From Candidatus Omnitrophota bacterium (GTDB lineage Bacteria > Omnitrophota > Gorgyraeia > Zapsychrales > Fredricksoniimonadaceae), in the NCBI GenBank assembly GCA_903908245.1, contig CAIVRE010000029.1, positions 14,266 to 78,265 of the forward strand: a stretch of DNA of 64,000 nt. Reading direction: 5' to 3'. Position numbers and translations under genes: made by a program. The notes beneath the pieces were generated by a model. The model saw only the letters and a list, made by a program, of their open reading frames with translations, was not told where the DNA came from and did not search any database. Shown here piece after piece: positions 23,078 to 32,419 of the stretch; the first letter of the stretch is position 1; each line of letters begins with the position of its first letter.

Positions 23078-23920
23078 TTAGAATTTAAATGCGCTCTTCG
23101 CGTTATTATCACCCGGATCAATAACAAGTTTCGGACGCCCGGTCAGGATCATTTTTTGTTCATCTGCTTTATACACCAGGTTTTCAGAGCGGGTTGTATT
23201 GCCCCCCTGCTGAACTTCCACATTTCCCGTGCAAACGATCTCCTTGATCTTTTTGGTCTGGTCATCGAACAGGACCTCCATGCGGTCCGCCTTGAGTTGA
23301 CGCCCGCTGGCAGGCTCTGTTGCCACCACATTCACCGTAAAGACCGCTGTCATGGTCGTCTGGTCAAGCTCCATGGGGCCATCGGACGTGATCTGGATAC
23401 GGTTATTCTTGTGGGTCGAGCTTTCCGCCATGATATCCGCCATCACATCACTTTTAAGCGTAGCGTCCTTCATCCCTGGATGCGCCTCAAGGCCTATTCC
23501 CTGTACCCTCATGGATTTATCTTCGATCGTCACAGGATCATTGGTGGAGACCAGGTCTTTCTGGCGCTGCCAATCAAGAGTATCGGTCTTCATTACCGAC
23601 CCGCGCTCGGCGGTAATAACGACATCCTGCTGAAGATTCACATCTCCGGTGCTTTTGTTGATCGTCCCGCGTTTGGCGGTAAGGTTCATATCCTCATCAC
23701 CATAAGAATTCGCGTTCACATTTGTTACCGCCACCTGATTCCCGATAATATCGGCCTTGTCTCCTTTAAGGTCCCAGGATTTGTTCCCGTTCTCGGAATA
23801 CCCCTCAAGATTGAACCCTTCGATCTTCTGGGTTATATCCGGAGCGCCCGCGAAGGCCGGCGATACACAAAAAAAAGCGATCAAAAGGGAACAAACGCGA
23901 AAGATCATTGCGGATCCCAT
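23078..23920 (-). CDS. lptC: LPS export periplasmic protein with tandem LptC-like and LptA/OstA-like beta-jellyroll domains
   Basis: LptC-like 'SWDLKGDKA...MKTDTLDW...VSTNDPVTI' then LptA-like 'AVFTVNVVA...LKADRM...TGNVEVQQG...ILTGRP'; lies between kdsC and lptB. Confidence 0.8.
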   Translation of the reverse strand: MGSAMIFRVCSLLIAFFCVSPAFAGAPDITQKIEGFNLEGYSENGNKSWDLKGDKADIIGNQVAVTNVNANSYGDEDMNLTAKRGTINKSTGDVNLQQDVVITAERGSVMKTDTLDWQRQKDLVSTNDPVTIEDKSMRVQGIGLEAHPGMKDATLKSDVMADIMAESSTHKNNRIQITSDGPMELDQTTMTAVFTVNVVATEPASGRQLKADRMEVLFDDQTKKIKEIVCTGNVEVQQGGNTTRSENLVYKADEQKMILTGRPKLVIDPGDNNAKSAFKF

Positions 23921-24402
23921 TTCCCCTGGGCCTTCAGGACACGCTCAGCCACTTCACGTACCGCACCGCGGCCGCCCTTTTTTTTCGTCACAAAATGCGC
24001 CTGCCGTTTAACATCCGCCGAAGCATTGGCCACAGCCACCGCCAGACCAACGCGCTTGAGGATGGCAATATCAGGAAGGTCATCCCCTATAAAACAAACC
24101 TGGGCATCTGTTACGCCAAACTTTTTAAGCATATCTTCATACGCCCCGACCTTGGGGTATGCATCAAGGTATACCGCGTCGATCTTAAGATCATCGGTCC
24201 GCGCCCTGACAGCACGGCAACTCCGCGCGGAAATGACCGCCGTCTTAAGGCCGGCTTTACGGATACGATTAATGCCGCAGCCATCCTGCACATCAAAGAA
24301 CTTCAGCTCGCGCCCCATCCCGTCATAAACAATACGTCCGTCGGTCAGGACGCCATCCACATCCATCGCCAGAACTTTTATATTCTTCAGTATTTTATTC
24401 AT
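23905..24402 (-). CDS. kdsC: Kdo 8-phosphate phosphatase
   Basis: HAD motif 'DVDGVLTDG', 'FIGDDLPD', 'GGRGAVRE'. Confidence 0.95.
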   Translation of the reverse strand: MNKILKNIKVLAMDVDGVLTDGRIVYDGMGRELKFFDVQDGCGINRIRKAGLKTAVISARSCRAVRARTDDLKIDAVYLDAYPKVGAYEDMLKKFGVTDAQVCFIGDDLPDIAILKRVGLAVAVANASADVKRQAHFVTKKKGGRGAVREVAERVLKAQGKWDPQ

Positions 24403-25361
24403 CGCGCCAGCCCCGCCTTCAAAAGGTCCTGAACATCCAGTAATCCAACCAACGCCCCCCGGGCATCGACCACCGGAAGTTCGTCCACTTTTTTCGACAT
24501 CAGGATATCAAAAGCTTCTGCCGCCAGACGGTCTTTGCAAATTGTCAAAGGCCCCCTGGTCATTACCTCGCTGACCTGACGATTAAGCACCCGGGTATCT
24601 TCTTCAATATGCCGGCGGAGATCGCCGTCGGTGAATATCCCCTTGAATTTCTTCTTTCCGTCAAGGACACAGGCGGAACCGCAGCGCGCCTGGGTGATCG
24701 CAAGCAGAACATCCTTAACCAGCATGGTCTCCGGGACCCGGGCAAAATTATTGCCCTGGCGCATAATATCCCCGACAGTCAACACAAGGCTGCGGCCCAG
24801 GCTTCCCCCCGGATGAAAGAACGCGAAATCCTCGCGCTTGAAGTTTTTCCGGTCAATCAGGCACGCGGCCAGCGCATCCCCCATGGCCAGCGTTGCCGTG
24901 GTCGATGCCATAGGCGCCAGTCCCAAAGGACAGCCTTCTTTCTTGACCCCGACATTGATCACCAGGTCGCAATGTTTTGCCAAAGAGGAACTCGCCCCTC
25001 CTGTCATGGCAACAGTCTTGCACCCGATCTTTTTCAGCAATGGCAAAAGTCGTACTGTTTCCTCGGTCTCGCCGCTGGAGGAGATCAGGACAACAACATC
25101 CGCACGGGTGACCTGCCCCAAGTCTCCGTGGACCGCTTCCGCGCTGTGCATATAGATGCTCGGTGTTCCGGTAGATGATAGCGTCGCCGAGATCTTGCGC
25201 GCCACGATCCCGGTCTTCCCCATTCCTGCAATGACCACGCGCCCCTCGCAGGAAGCCATAATATCCACGGCCGCCGTAAAATTATCATCAAGGTTCCCTG
25301 TCAGGGCCTTGACCGCCGCGGCTTCTATCTCCAGGACTTCTTTGGCTCTTTTTAGCAGCAT
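24399..25361 (-). CDS. kdsD: Arabinose-5-phosphate isomerase (KpsF/GutQ family)
   Basis: SIS domain 'GMGKTG', 'AEAVHGDLG', 'FHPGGSLG', followed by two CBS domains. Confidence 0.95.
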   Translation of the reverse strand: MLLKRAKEVLEIEAAAVKALTGNLDDNFTAAVDIMASCEGRVVIAGMGKTGIVARKISATLSSTGTPSIYMHSAEAVHGDLGQVTRADVVVLISSSGETEETVRLLPLLKKIGCKTVAMTGGASSSLAKHCDLVINVGVKKEGCPLGLAPMASTTATLAMGDALAACLIDRKNFKREDFAFFHPGGSLGRSLVLTVGDIMRQGNNFARVPETMLVKDVLLAITQARCGSACVLDGKKKFKGIFTDGDLRRHIEEDTRVLNRQVSEVMTRGPLTICKDRLAAEAFDILMSKKVDELPVVDARGALVGLLDVQDLLKAGLAR

Positions 25362-26191
25362 GATCCCGATCCCTTCACAAGACAGTCAATATGGAGCATC
25401 ATCTCAAGCAATGGTTCCAGCCTGGCAATGGGAAGCATATTCGGCCCGTCCGAAAGCGATCGGGCAGGGTCCGTATGTGTTTCCATAAAGACCGCATCGA
25501 CCCCTGCTGCAACTCCGCAGCGTGCCAAAAGCGGAATGAACTCGCTGCGGCCGCCGGTCTTGTCCCCCAGCCCACCCGGCTGCTGAACACTATGGGTCAC
25601 ATCATATACGACCGGATAGCCGATATCCCGCATGATCTGGAAAGCCGTAAAATCCGTAACAAGATTATTGTACCCGAAAGAAACTCCCCGCTCAGTCAAC
25701 AAAATACGTTTGTTCCCGGTACTTTCAAGCTTCCTGACCAGCGAGCGCATGTCCCATGGCGCAAGGAACTGGCCTTTCTTCACATTGACCACTTTACCGG
25801 TCTGGGCCGCCGCGATCAGCAGGTCGGTCTGGCGGCATAAAAATGCCGGGATCTGAATGATGTCCAGGACTTTAGCAGCCGCATCGATCTGAGAAATGTC
25901 GTGGACATCGCTGACGACCGGGATCCCCAGACGCTCTTTGACCTCGAGGAGGATATCAAGCCCTTCGCTGATCCCCGGCCCGCGATAGGAATCAACAGAC
26001 GTGCGATTGGCTTTATCGAAACTGGCCTTAAAAACATACGGGATCTTCAGCCGCTTAACGATCTTGACAAGATCACTCGCCATCTTGAGCGTACTTTTGC
26101 GGCTCTCGATCACGCAAGGCCCGGCAATAAGCACAAAAGGCCTGCCGCCACCGATCTTAAGGCCATTGATATCAATTGTTCGTGTTTTCAT
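25352..26191 (-). CDS. kdsA: Kdo 8-phosphate synthase
   Basis: 'IAGPCVIES', 'KASFDKANRTS', 'QIPAFLCRQTDL', 'NVKKGQFLAP', 'DVTHSVQ'. Confidence 0.97.
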   Translation of the reverse strand: MKTRTIDINGLKIGGGRPFVLIAGPCVIESRKSTLKMASDLVKIVKRLKIPYVFKASFDKANRTSVDSYRGPGISEGLDILLEVKERLGIPVVSDVHDISQIDAAAKVLDIIQIPAFLCRQTDLLIAAAQTGKVVNVKKGQFLAPWDMRSLVRKLESTGNKRILLTERGVSFGYNNLVTDFTAFQIMRDIGYPVVYDVTHSVQQPGGLGDKTGGRSEFIPLLARCGVAAGVDAVFMETHTDPARSLSDGPNMLPIARLEPLLEMMLHIDCLVKGSGSCC

Positions 26192-26912
26192 AATGTTTTT
26201 TCGCTTTAGCAAGATCCTCCGGCGTATCAACGCCGATGGCCTCGATATCCGTTTCAACGGTCTTGATCCTGTGCCCGGCCTCGAGCACCCTTAACTGTTC
26301 CAGACATTCTTCCTGTTCCAGAAACGATTTTGACCATGTGCAAAAAGAAAGCAGGAATTCCCGGCGGTACGCGTAGATCCCCAAATGCCTGAAATAACGG
26401 GAATAATCCATGGGCCCCCCGTCACGATGGTAAGGGACCGGTGCCCGTGAAAAATACAATGCGTTCTTGTTCTGGTCTATAACGACCTTGACCATATTTG
26501 GATTAAGAAAATCCTCTTTTTTCGCAAAAGGCTTGATCACCGTCGCCATTGCCGAAGAGGGGTCCTTCTGTAAAGCGATCACCAAAGCATCAATGAGCAG
26601 AGGGTCAATGAACGGCTCGTCCCCCTGGATATTCACCACAATATCCACGGGACGATCAGCGATCGCCTCCGCCACACGATCTGATCCGGAAGGATGATCT
26701 TTGCGGGTCATCACCGCATTTGCGCCAAAGGCCCTGGCAGCGTCATACACATGTTGCTCATCACATGCCACGATCACATCATCGAGTTCAACCGCCCGCC
26801 CGGCCTTCTCCCAGACATGCTGCAACATCGGTTTTCCACCGATATCCGCCAGGATCTTTCCCGGAAAACGCGTTGATGCCCAGCGCGCGGGAATAACACC
26901 AACCGCGCTCAT
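26172..26912 (-). CDS. kdsB: 3-deoxy-manno-octulosonate cytidylyltransferase
   Basis: 'IPARWASTRFPGK', 'SGSDR', 'VNIQGDEP', 'ALYFSRAP', 'LEQLRVLE'. Confidence 0.97.
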   Translation of the reverse strand: MSAVGVIPARWASTRFPGKILADIGGKPMLQHVWEKAGRAVELDDVIVACDEQHVYDAARAFGANAVMTRKDHPSGSDRVAEAIADRPVDIVVNIQGDEPFIDPLLIDALVIALQKDPSSAMATVIKPFAKKEDFLNPNMVKVVIDQNKNALYFSRAPVPYHRDGGPMDYSRYFRHLGIYAYRREFLLSFCTWSKSFLEQEECLEQLRVLEAGHRIKTVETDIEAIGVDTPEDLAKAKKHYENTNN

Positions 26913-27934
26913 TTATGCTCCTTCAAAGACCTGACCAGTTCATCAAGGGTTACAGAGGCGGCGCCAACCTTGGCCACCACAATACCCGCCGCATGATTGG
27001 CGATATCAGCGGCATCCATCTTTTTGGCTCCCGCGGCCAGAGCTAATGTAAAAACAGAGATAACAGTATCCCCTGCACCGGAAACATCAAAGACCTCCTG
27101 CGCGCGCGTCGGGATATGCAGGGGCTCCTTGCCTTCCTCGAACAAACACATCCCGTCCTCGCCCAACGTGATCAAAAGCGAATCGATCCCGAGATAGTTC
27201 AATAATCCCATACCCGATTTCTTGACGGTGTCCAAAGAGCCAAGACGGGTCTGCAATATCCCGAAAGCCCTGCGCGTATCCGGCTCCAGGCTTCTTAAAG
27301 CGTTCTCGGCTTCCTTGCGGTTGGGGGTGATCGAGGAGACATGTCCATAGAATTTCAGATGTTCCACCTTCGGGTCGACCACGATCGGGATCCTAGCCTT
27401 GCGCGCCAGGGCCGTCAGGTCATCGACCAGCGGCGGTTGAACGATCCCCTTGCCATAATCGGAAACGATCACTCCGTCAAAATCCGTAAAATGTTTATGA
27501 ATGAACGGGGCGATCTTTTCATCGTAAAACCTGCCATCAGAATCATCCACGACCTTCTCACGGTCGATCCGCACCACCTGCTGCTGATGCGCCACAACAC
27601 GCGTTTTGAGGATCGTATGCACGCGGCTGTCCGACATGATCCCCGACGTGCGGATCTTGCGTTCTTTCAGGACATTCTTGAGCAGATCCCCCTCGATATC
27701 CGGGCCGATACGGCCAACCACGGTCACCTTTGCCCCAAGGCTGCGGAGGTTATTGGCCACATTCGCGGCCCCACCTGGAGTATAAAACTCCTCCTGTTGC
27801 AGCAGAATAGGGACAGGCGCCTCCGGTGAGATACGGTCAACCGTTCCTTTGATATATTGATCAAGGATGAGGTCTCCGACCACCAGGATATGACGATTCC
27901 TGAAATTAGAAAGGATATGTGTATATTTAGTCAT
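26909..27934 (-). CDS. rfaE1: D-glycero-beta-D-manno-heptose-7-phosphate kinase (RfaE domain I only)
   Basis: 'RISPEAPVP', 'PGGAANVANNL', 'SDYGKG', 'VFDVSGAGDTV'; no adenylyltransferase domain. Confidence 0.92.
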   Translation of the reverse strand: MTKYTHILSNFRNRHILVVGDLILDQYIKGTVDRISPEAPVPILLQQEEFYTPGGAANVANNLRSLGAKVTVVGRIGPDIEGDLLKNVLKERKIRTSGIMSDSRVHTILKTRVVAHQQQVVRIDREKVVDDSDGRFYDEKIAPFIHKHFTDFDGVIVSDYGKGIVQPPLVDDLTALARKARIPIVVDPKVEHLKFYGHVSSITPNRKEAENALRSLEPDTRRAFGILQTRLGSLDTVKKSGMGLLNYLGIDSLLITLGEDGMCLFEEGKEPLHIPTRAQEVFDVSGAGDTVISVFTLALAAGAKKMDAADIANHAAGIVVAKVGAASVTLDELVRSLKEHK

Positions 27935-27966
27935 ATATATTATTATAAAGCTAAAAAAGAAGGTTT

Positions 27967-27995
27967 ATGTTAACACAGTTCGAAAAGGCTGTCAA
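27967..27995 (-). promoter_or_regulatory. Putative sigma70 promoter for the rfaE1-kds-lpt genes
   Basis: Minus strand TTGACA-17 nt-TAACAT with TG extension; a second TATAAT at 27942-27947 lies 7 nt before the ATG. Confidence 0.55.
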
Positions 27996-28004
27996 ACTTA
28001 AGCC

Positions 28005-29018
28005 TTAGAACTTATTGGCAAGGAGCCTGGCCGCGGCATCAAAGACCTCATCAGGCGTAATGGAATCATACCGGCCGCTCAAGACATGATTGTCCGGACC
28101 GACCACGATCTCTTCCCCCGGCTTGTTAAGCAAAAGGACCGCATTGGCACTTAAAGGCTTCCACCGCTCAGGGTTGATCCCCGGCTGTTTTCTTAAGAAC
28201 AAGGAAATGACCGGAGTTCCGGTCGCTGCAGCCAAATGGACCGGCCCCGAATCATTTGAGATCAAAAGCGAGCAGCGTTTAATAAAAGCCACCAGTTGGG
28301 CCAGAGAGAACTGCCCTGTAAGGTCGATCCCGGGGATGCGGGCGGCAAACGGCCTGGTGGTCGGGCCGCCAACGATCACGACCCTCGCGTTCAACTCGCG
28401 GCTAAGCCTGGCCGAAACAAGGGCAAACGAATCCACGGGCCAATGCCTTGTTGGACAACTGGCGTCGGGATGCAATGCGACCAAAGGGCCTAACCCTGCA
28501 AGCTCACGGACAATCCGGTCAGCCCACTTATCCGCCGCCTGGTTAAAGCCCAATTCAAGGCGAGGATCGGCATTCTCCACTCCGACCATTTTCAAAAGAT
28601 CCAGGCAATAATCCAGTTCATGTTTGATCCCGAAATGACGCTCATCTTTAACAGGATGTGTCAGAAAGAACCCGCATTTGCTGTTAAGATACCCTAACCG
28701 TACCGGTACACCGGCAAGAAAACAAGCCAGATTGGTCTTTTGTTTTGTATGAAAGATCACCGCCAGGTCAAAACGCGAACGGCGCAAGCGTGCGATGAGC
28801 CCCAGATAACCGATCCAGCCCAGATTCGCCTCCTGGACAATAACTTCATCAATGAACGGTAATCCGTCAACAAGATCACGGGTGGATGCACTGATCCAGA
28901 CAGAAAGACGCGCCCCGGGATATTTTGTTTTTAACGCACGCATGGCCGGAATGGTCAGGACCATATCTCCCATACGGTCCGTACGGACAACGAGGATGTT
29001 CCTGAAACCAGGTATCAT
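28005..29018 (-). CDS. Glycosyltransferase family 9 (heptosyltransferase-like)
   Basis: 'ILVVRTDRMGD', 'LISNDSGPVHLAAA'. Confidence 0.9.
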   Translation of the reverse strand: MIPGFRNILVVRTDRMGDMVLTIPAMRALKTKYPGARLSVWISASTRDLVDGLPFIDEVIVQEANLGWIGYLGLIARLRRSRFDLAVIFHTKQKTNLACFLAGVPVRLGYLNSKCGFFLTHPVKDERHFGIKHELDYCLDLLKMVGVENADPRLELGFNQAADKWADRIVRELAGLGPLVALHPDASCPTRHWPVDSFALVSARLSRELNARVVIVGGPTTRPFAARIPGIDLTGQFSLAQLVAFIKRCSLLISNDSGPVHLAAATGTPVISLFLRKQPGINPERWKPLSANAVLLLNKPGEEIVVGPDNHVLSGRYDSITPDEVFDAAARLLANKF

Positions 29019-29944
29019 GTCAACTCCCCGGAAACAGCGTCAACGACCATTCTCGGGGACAGATCCGCCATACGGCCTGAAGGGCTCCTTAACCAGCGAG
29101 AATTCTTCCCCCATGGCCCGTACAGATCCGGATCCGTCGGCCCGAACAGCGCGACGGTCGGTATATCCAGATAACTCGCCAGATGCATAACACCGCTGTC
29201 ATTGACAACCGCCAGCCTGGCTTTACTTACAACATACGCCAGCTCTTTCAATGATGTTTTCCCGCAAAGGTCCAGAACGCCTGAAGAGATATCCTTAAGG
29301 ACCAGCTCGGCGGACTTCGCATCCTTCCGATCCCCTGCTATAACCACCGGCACATTCACTTCATTGATCAAATATCGAACAACCTGTGCAAAGCCATCCG
29401 GCGTCCATTGCTTTCTGGCATCAGCCGCCCCGGGAGCGACCAGGACAAATCCCCTTATCCCTTTTAATAAAGCGAGCGCCGATTCTTCTTCCCCCTTCAC
29501 GCTATGCAAAACATGCCGGTCACGGGCAAGAGGGATATCTTTAAGCACTGTCCGAAGGCGGCGCAAATGCCTGTCCCGCATATGCCCCGTTCTTTCACCG
29601 GAAAAGACCGGATAGGTGCGGCGGCGTGAACGGACCATGAACGGCAACATGGAATTGCGCATATCCACCACAAGATCGAACTTTTCGCGGCGCAAATCCG
29701 CCAGCCAGCGGACCTTGGCTCTGATCCCTGCCTGTTTTTCAAGAATATACACTTTTTTTACCCTCGGATTCCCCTCAAAAAAGAATTTAGCCTTGGGAGA
29801 AACCACCACCGCAAAAAGCGCGTCCGGATAAGCTTCACAAAGGGCATCAAAGACCGGAAAAGTAAGGATGACATCCCCGATATTGCTCAGCGAAATAAAG
29901 AGGATCGTCCTGACTTTCAAAGGTTTAAAGAACCTTGATAACAT
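29015..29944 (-). CDS. Glycosyltransferase family 9 (heptosyltransferase-like)
   Basis: 'LSNIGDVIL', 'APGA...KQW', 'NDSGVMHLA', 'ALFGPTDP'. Confidence 0.9.
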   Translation of the reverse strand: MLSRFFKPLKVRTILFISLSNIGDVILTFPVFDALCEAYPDALFAVVVSPKAKFFFEGNPRVKKVYILEKQAGIRAKVRWLADLRREKFDLVVDMRNSMLPFMVRSRRRTYPVFSGERTGHMRDRHLRRLRTVLKDIPLARDRHVLHSVKGEEESALALLKGIRGFVLVAPGAADARKQWTPDGFAQVVRYLINEVNVPVVIAGDRKDAKSAELVLKDISSGVLDLCGKTSLKELAYVVSKARLAVVNDSGVMHLASYLDIPTVALFGPTDPDLYGPWGKNSRWLRSPSGRMADLSPRMVVDAVSGELT

Positions 29945-30926
29945 CCGCCACCTCCACGGCTTTCATGCAACGATTATCCGGACATTCCAAATAATAACAG
30001 GGAGATCTGTTGCACCCCACATCTTTCATGATGACCGTCGATATCCCCCGGCCGCGCGGCCCTGTGATGAGCGGAGCGGTCGGCCCAAAGATCGCCACCG
30101 TCCTGACCCCCAACGCCGAAGCCAGATGCAAAGGCCCCGAGTCCGCGGAGATCACCACTTTCGACATAAAGAAAACGGCCGCTGTTCCTTCTATGTCGGT
30201 CACTCCCGCCAGCTCGATCGGACCAACGCCAGACAACGCTGCAATGCGCGTTACGCGGTCCACATCCCCTGCCGCACCCGTAAGCACGACTTTCATTCCT
30301 CTTTCCCGGCTGATGCGACGAGCCAGATCCGCAAAACGCCCGGGCGGCCATTGTTTCAGATCCCAATTCCCTCCGGTATTCAATACACAAAAGGGCTCGT
30401 CAGGCTCAATGCCCCGGGTAAGTAAAAGCCGCTCGGCCAGGGAAACACTTTCCGCTTTTAATGCCAAGCAACAGGAACGGTCCCTGACCGTCATCCCGAA
30501 GCGCTCCAGCAAAGCCAGATAGGCGTCGCTACGATGTATCTGCTCCAGCCCCGAATCACTGACAGGATGATTAACGATCCCAAAGACGTTTTTTGACCCG
30601 AACCCGACCCTGACAGGGATCCCCGCCAGAAAAGTCAGTAAAGCGCGTGAGAACGAAGGCCTAAGAAGAAACACAGCGTCAAACTTGCGTTCGCGTAACA
30701 TCAGGGCCAACCGCCATTTATCAAGCAAAGGACGGTCATCACCGTCCTCATCATAAACGATAATATCATCAATAAAAGGACAAAGCTCAAGAACAGCTTT
30801 AACGCGAGGGACGGCCATAGCCGTTACCCGGGCACCGGGATGATTTTCTTTAATATTCTTGTAAACAGGCGTGGAAAAAACAGCATCCCCCAGCCAATTT
30901 ACAGAAACAACAAGGATATTCTTCAT
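29925..30926 (-). CDS. waaF: Lipopolysaccharide heptosyltransferase II (GT9)
   Basis: 'NWLGDAV' (WaaF-type), 'KQWP', 'DSGPLHLA', 'IFGPT', C-terminal Cys cluster. Confidence 0.78.
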   Translation of the reverse strand: MKNILVVSVNWLGDAVFSTPVYKNIKENHPGARVTAMAVPRVKAVLELCPFIDDIIVYDEDGDDRPLLDKWRLALMLRERKFDAVFLLRPSFSRALLTFLAGIPVRVGFGSKNVFGIVNHPVSDSGLEQIHRSDAYLALLERFGMTVRDRSCCLALKAESVSLAERLLLTRGIEPDEPFCVLNTGGNWDLKQWPPGRFADLARRISRERGMKVVLTGAAGDVDRVTRIAALSGVGPIELAGVTDIEGTAAVFFMSKVVISADSGPLHLASALGVRTVAIFGPTAPLITGPRGRGISTVIMKDVGCNRSPCYYLECPDNRCMKAVEVADVIKVL

Positions 30927-31297
30927 GCCAGGCCCTTTCTGTCCGCTGCTTTGATAAGTTCCAGCAGAACGTCCGGCTGGAACGGCTTGGCGATGAACAC
31001 ATGCGCGCCCAGGTCCAGCGAAAGTTTTTCATGTTCATCACGATATGCCGACATCATACAGACCCTGCTCTCCGGAACGGTTGTGCGTACCCGGGCGAGA
31101 ACATCCATGCCCGTGCCCTGGGAATCCGCGCCCAGGCTGATATCCAGGACAACAAAGTCCGGCCTGTATTGTTCAATATATTCAACCGCATCCTGGGACG
31201 TATGCACGACCGCCGTTTCCGGGAATCCGCAACGTTTCAGATACCTGACATAAAGATCGGCGATCTCGACCTCATCGTCAACAAGAAGTATCCTCAT
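30923..31297 (-). CDS. Single-domain response regulator (CheY-like)
   Basis: 'ILLVDDE', phospho-Asp in 'PDFVVLDISL', 'MMSA', 'IAKPF'; 4-nt overlap with the downstream GT9 gene. Confidence 0.92.
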   Translation of the reverse strand: MRILLVDDEVEIADLYVRYLKRCGFPETAVVHTSQDAVEYIEQYRPDFVVLDISLGADSQGTGMDVLARVRTTVPESRVCMMSAYRDEHEKLSLDLGAHVFIAKPFQPDVLLELIKAADRKGLA

Positions 31298-31318
31298 CCT
31301 TTGTCCACTCCTCTGAAA

Positions 31319-32419
31319 TTACGATTTGCCGGTCACTGACCGATAAAGGCCCATCGTCCGATCCGCCATCGGAGCAGCAGAAAAATGTGCGGCCGCGAAC
31401 TCCCTGGCCTTTGCACCCATAGCCCGCGCGCGCGAAATATCCGCAAACAAGATGATGACCGCCCGCGCCAGCGCCAATGGGTCCCTGGAAGGAACAAGAA
31501 AACCGGTTACATTATCCCTGACGACTTCCGGAAGGCCGCCGACACGGCTCACGACCGCCGGGATACTCATAGCCGCAGCTTCCAGTACGGAAAGGCCAAG
31601 GCCTTCCTGAAGTGACGGCATTACAAAAACATCCAGGAGCGGAAGCACCTCGGCGGTTTTATTCACCACGGGATAAAAACGAATATTATTTTCAAGCCCA
31701 TTCCTGCGCACTTCAGCCTTAAGATCTTCTTCCATAGGGCCATCACCGAAGATCAAACATTTCGCGTCCGGGAACTGTGCCAAGATCAGCGGCATTGCCT
31801 GAATAAGGAACTCGTGGCCCTTGACATCGGATAAACGCGCAATGATCCCCAGCGTCGGTTCGGATGCCAGGCCCCATTGAGTTCGCAAAGCACGACGGGC
31901 CTCCTCCTCCGGCGGGACAAATCGTTCCAGGTCAATGCCATTGGCAATGGACGCGATCCTGTCCACGGAAAGATGAAAATCCCGGATAAGATGCTCTCGG
32001 ACCGGTGCGCTCACCGCGATCACCTTTGCCCCCCATAATGGCATTATCCGCCGGCCCAAATGGGGACGAAAAAAACCATGGCAAGTTGATACAAAAGGTA
32101 CACGGGACAATCCGGACGCCAACGCCGCGCACATCTGGGTCACACGGGTTTGAGCATGGATAATATCAACCTGTTCATTCCGCACCAGGGCTGCCAGCCG
32201 CGGAGCAAGGGCAAACAAACCCGGATGGACTTCACATTTCACGTTGAACGGGAACAGGACATGATGCGCTCCGGAAGCCTCGAGGTCTGCCACCATGTTC
32301 CCACCGGAAGAAGCGACGATCACTTGATGCCCCGATCCGGTAAAGGCGCGGGTCAGCGTCAAAAGATACGTCGTGATACCGCCAGCGTTAAAATGATTGG
32401 CCAGAAAAAGGATCTTCAT
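31319..32419 (-). CDS. Glycosyltransferase family 4
   Basis: 'GGITTY', 'TCHG', 'NGIDL', 'KGHEFLI', 'SLQEGLGLSVLEA'. Confidence 0.92.
   Translation of the reverse strand: MKILFLANHFNAGGITTYLLTLTRAFTGSGHQVIVASSGGNMVADLEASGAHHVLFPFNVKCEVHPGLFALAPRLAALVRNEQVDIIHAQTRVTQMCAALASGLSRVPFVSTCHGFFRPHLGRRIMPLWGAKVIAVSAPVREHLIRDFHLSVDRIASIANGIDLERFVPPEEEARRALRTQWGLASEPTLGIIARLSDVKGHEFLIQAMPLILAQFPDAKCLIFGDGPMEEDLKAEVRRNGLENNIRFYPVVNKTAEVLPLLDVFVMPSLQEGLGLSVLEAAAMSIPAVVSRVGGLPEVVRDNVTGFLVPSRDPLALARAVIILFADISRARAMGAKAREFAAAHFSAAPMADRTMGLYRSVTGKS

Noticed and set aside
23036-24328. 430-aa plus-strand ORF
   Set aside because: It is the antisense shadow of lptC/A and kdsC and has no recognisable motifs; the same applies to the many other plus-strand ORFs overlapping clear genes.
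27948-27975. dif-like site (TTATGTTAA resembles the XerD arm)
   Set aside because: The XerC arm does not match, and the sequence is explained as the -10 region of the rfaE1 promoter.
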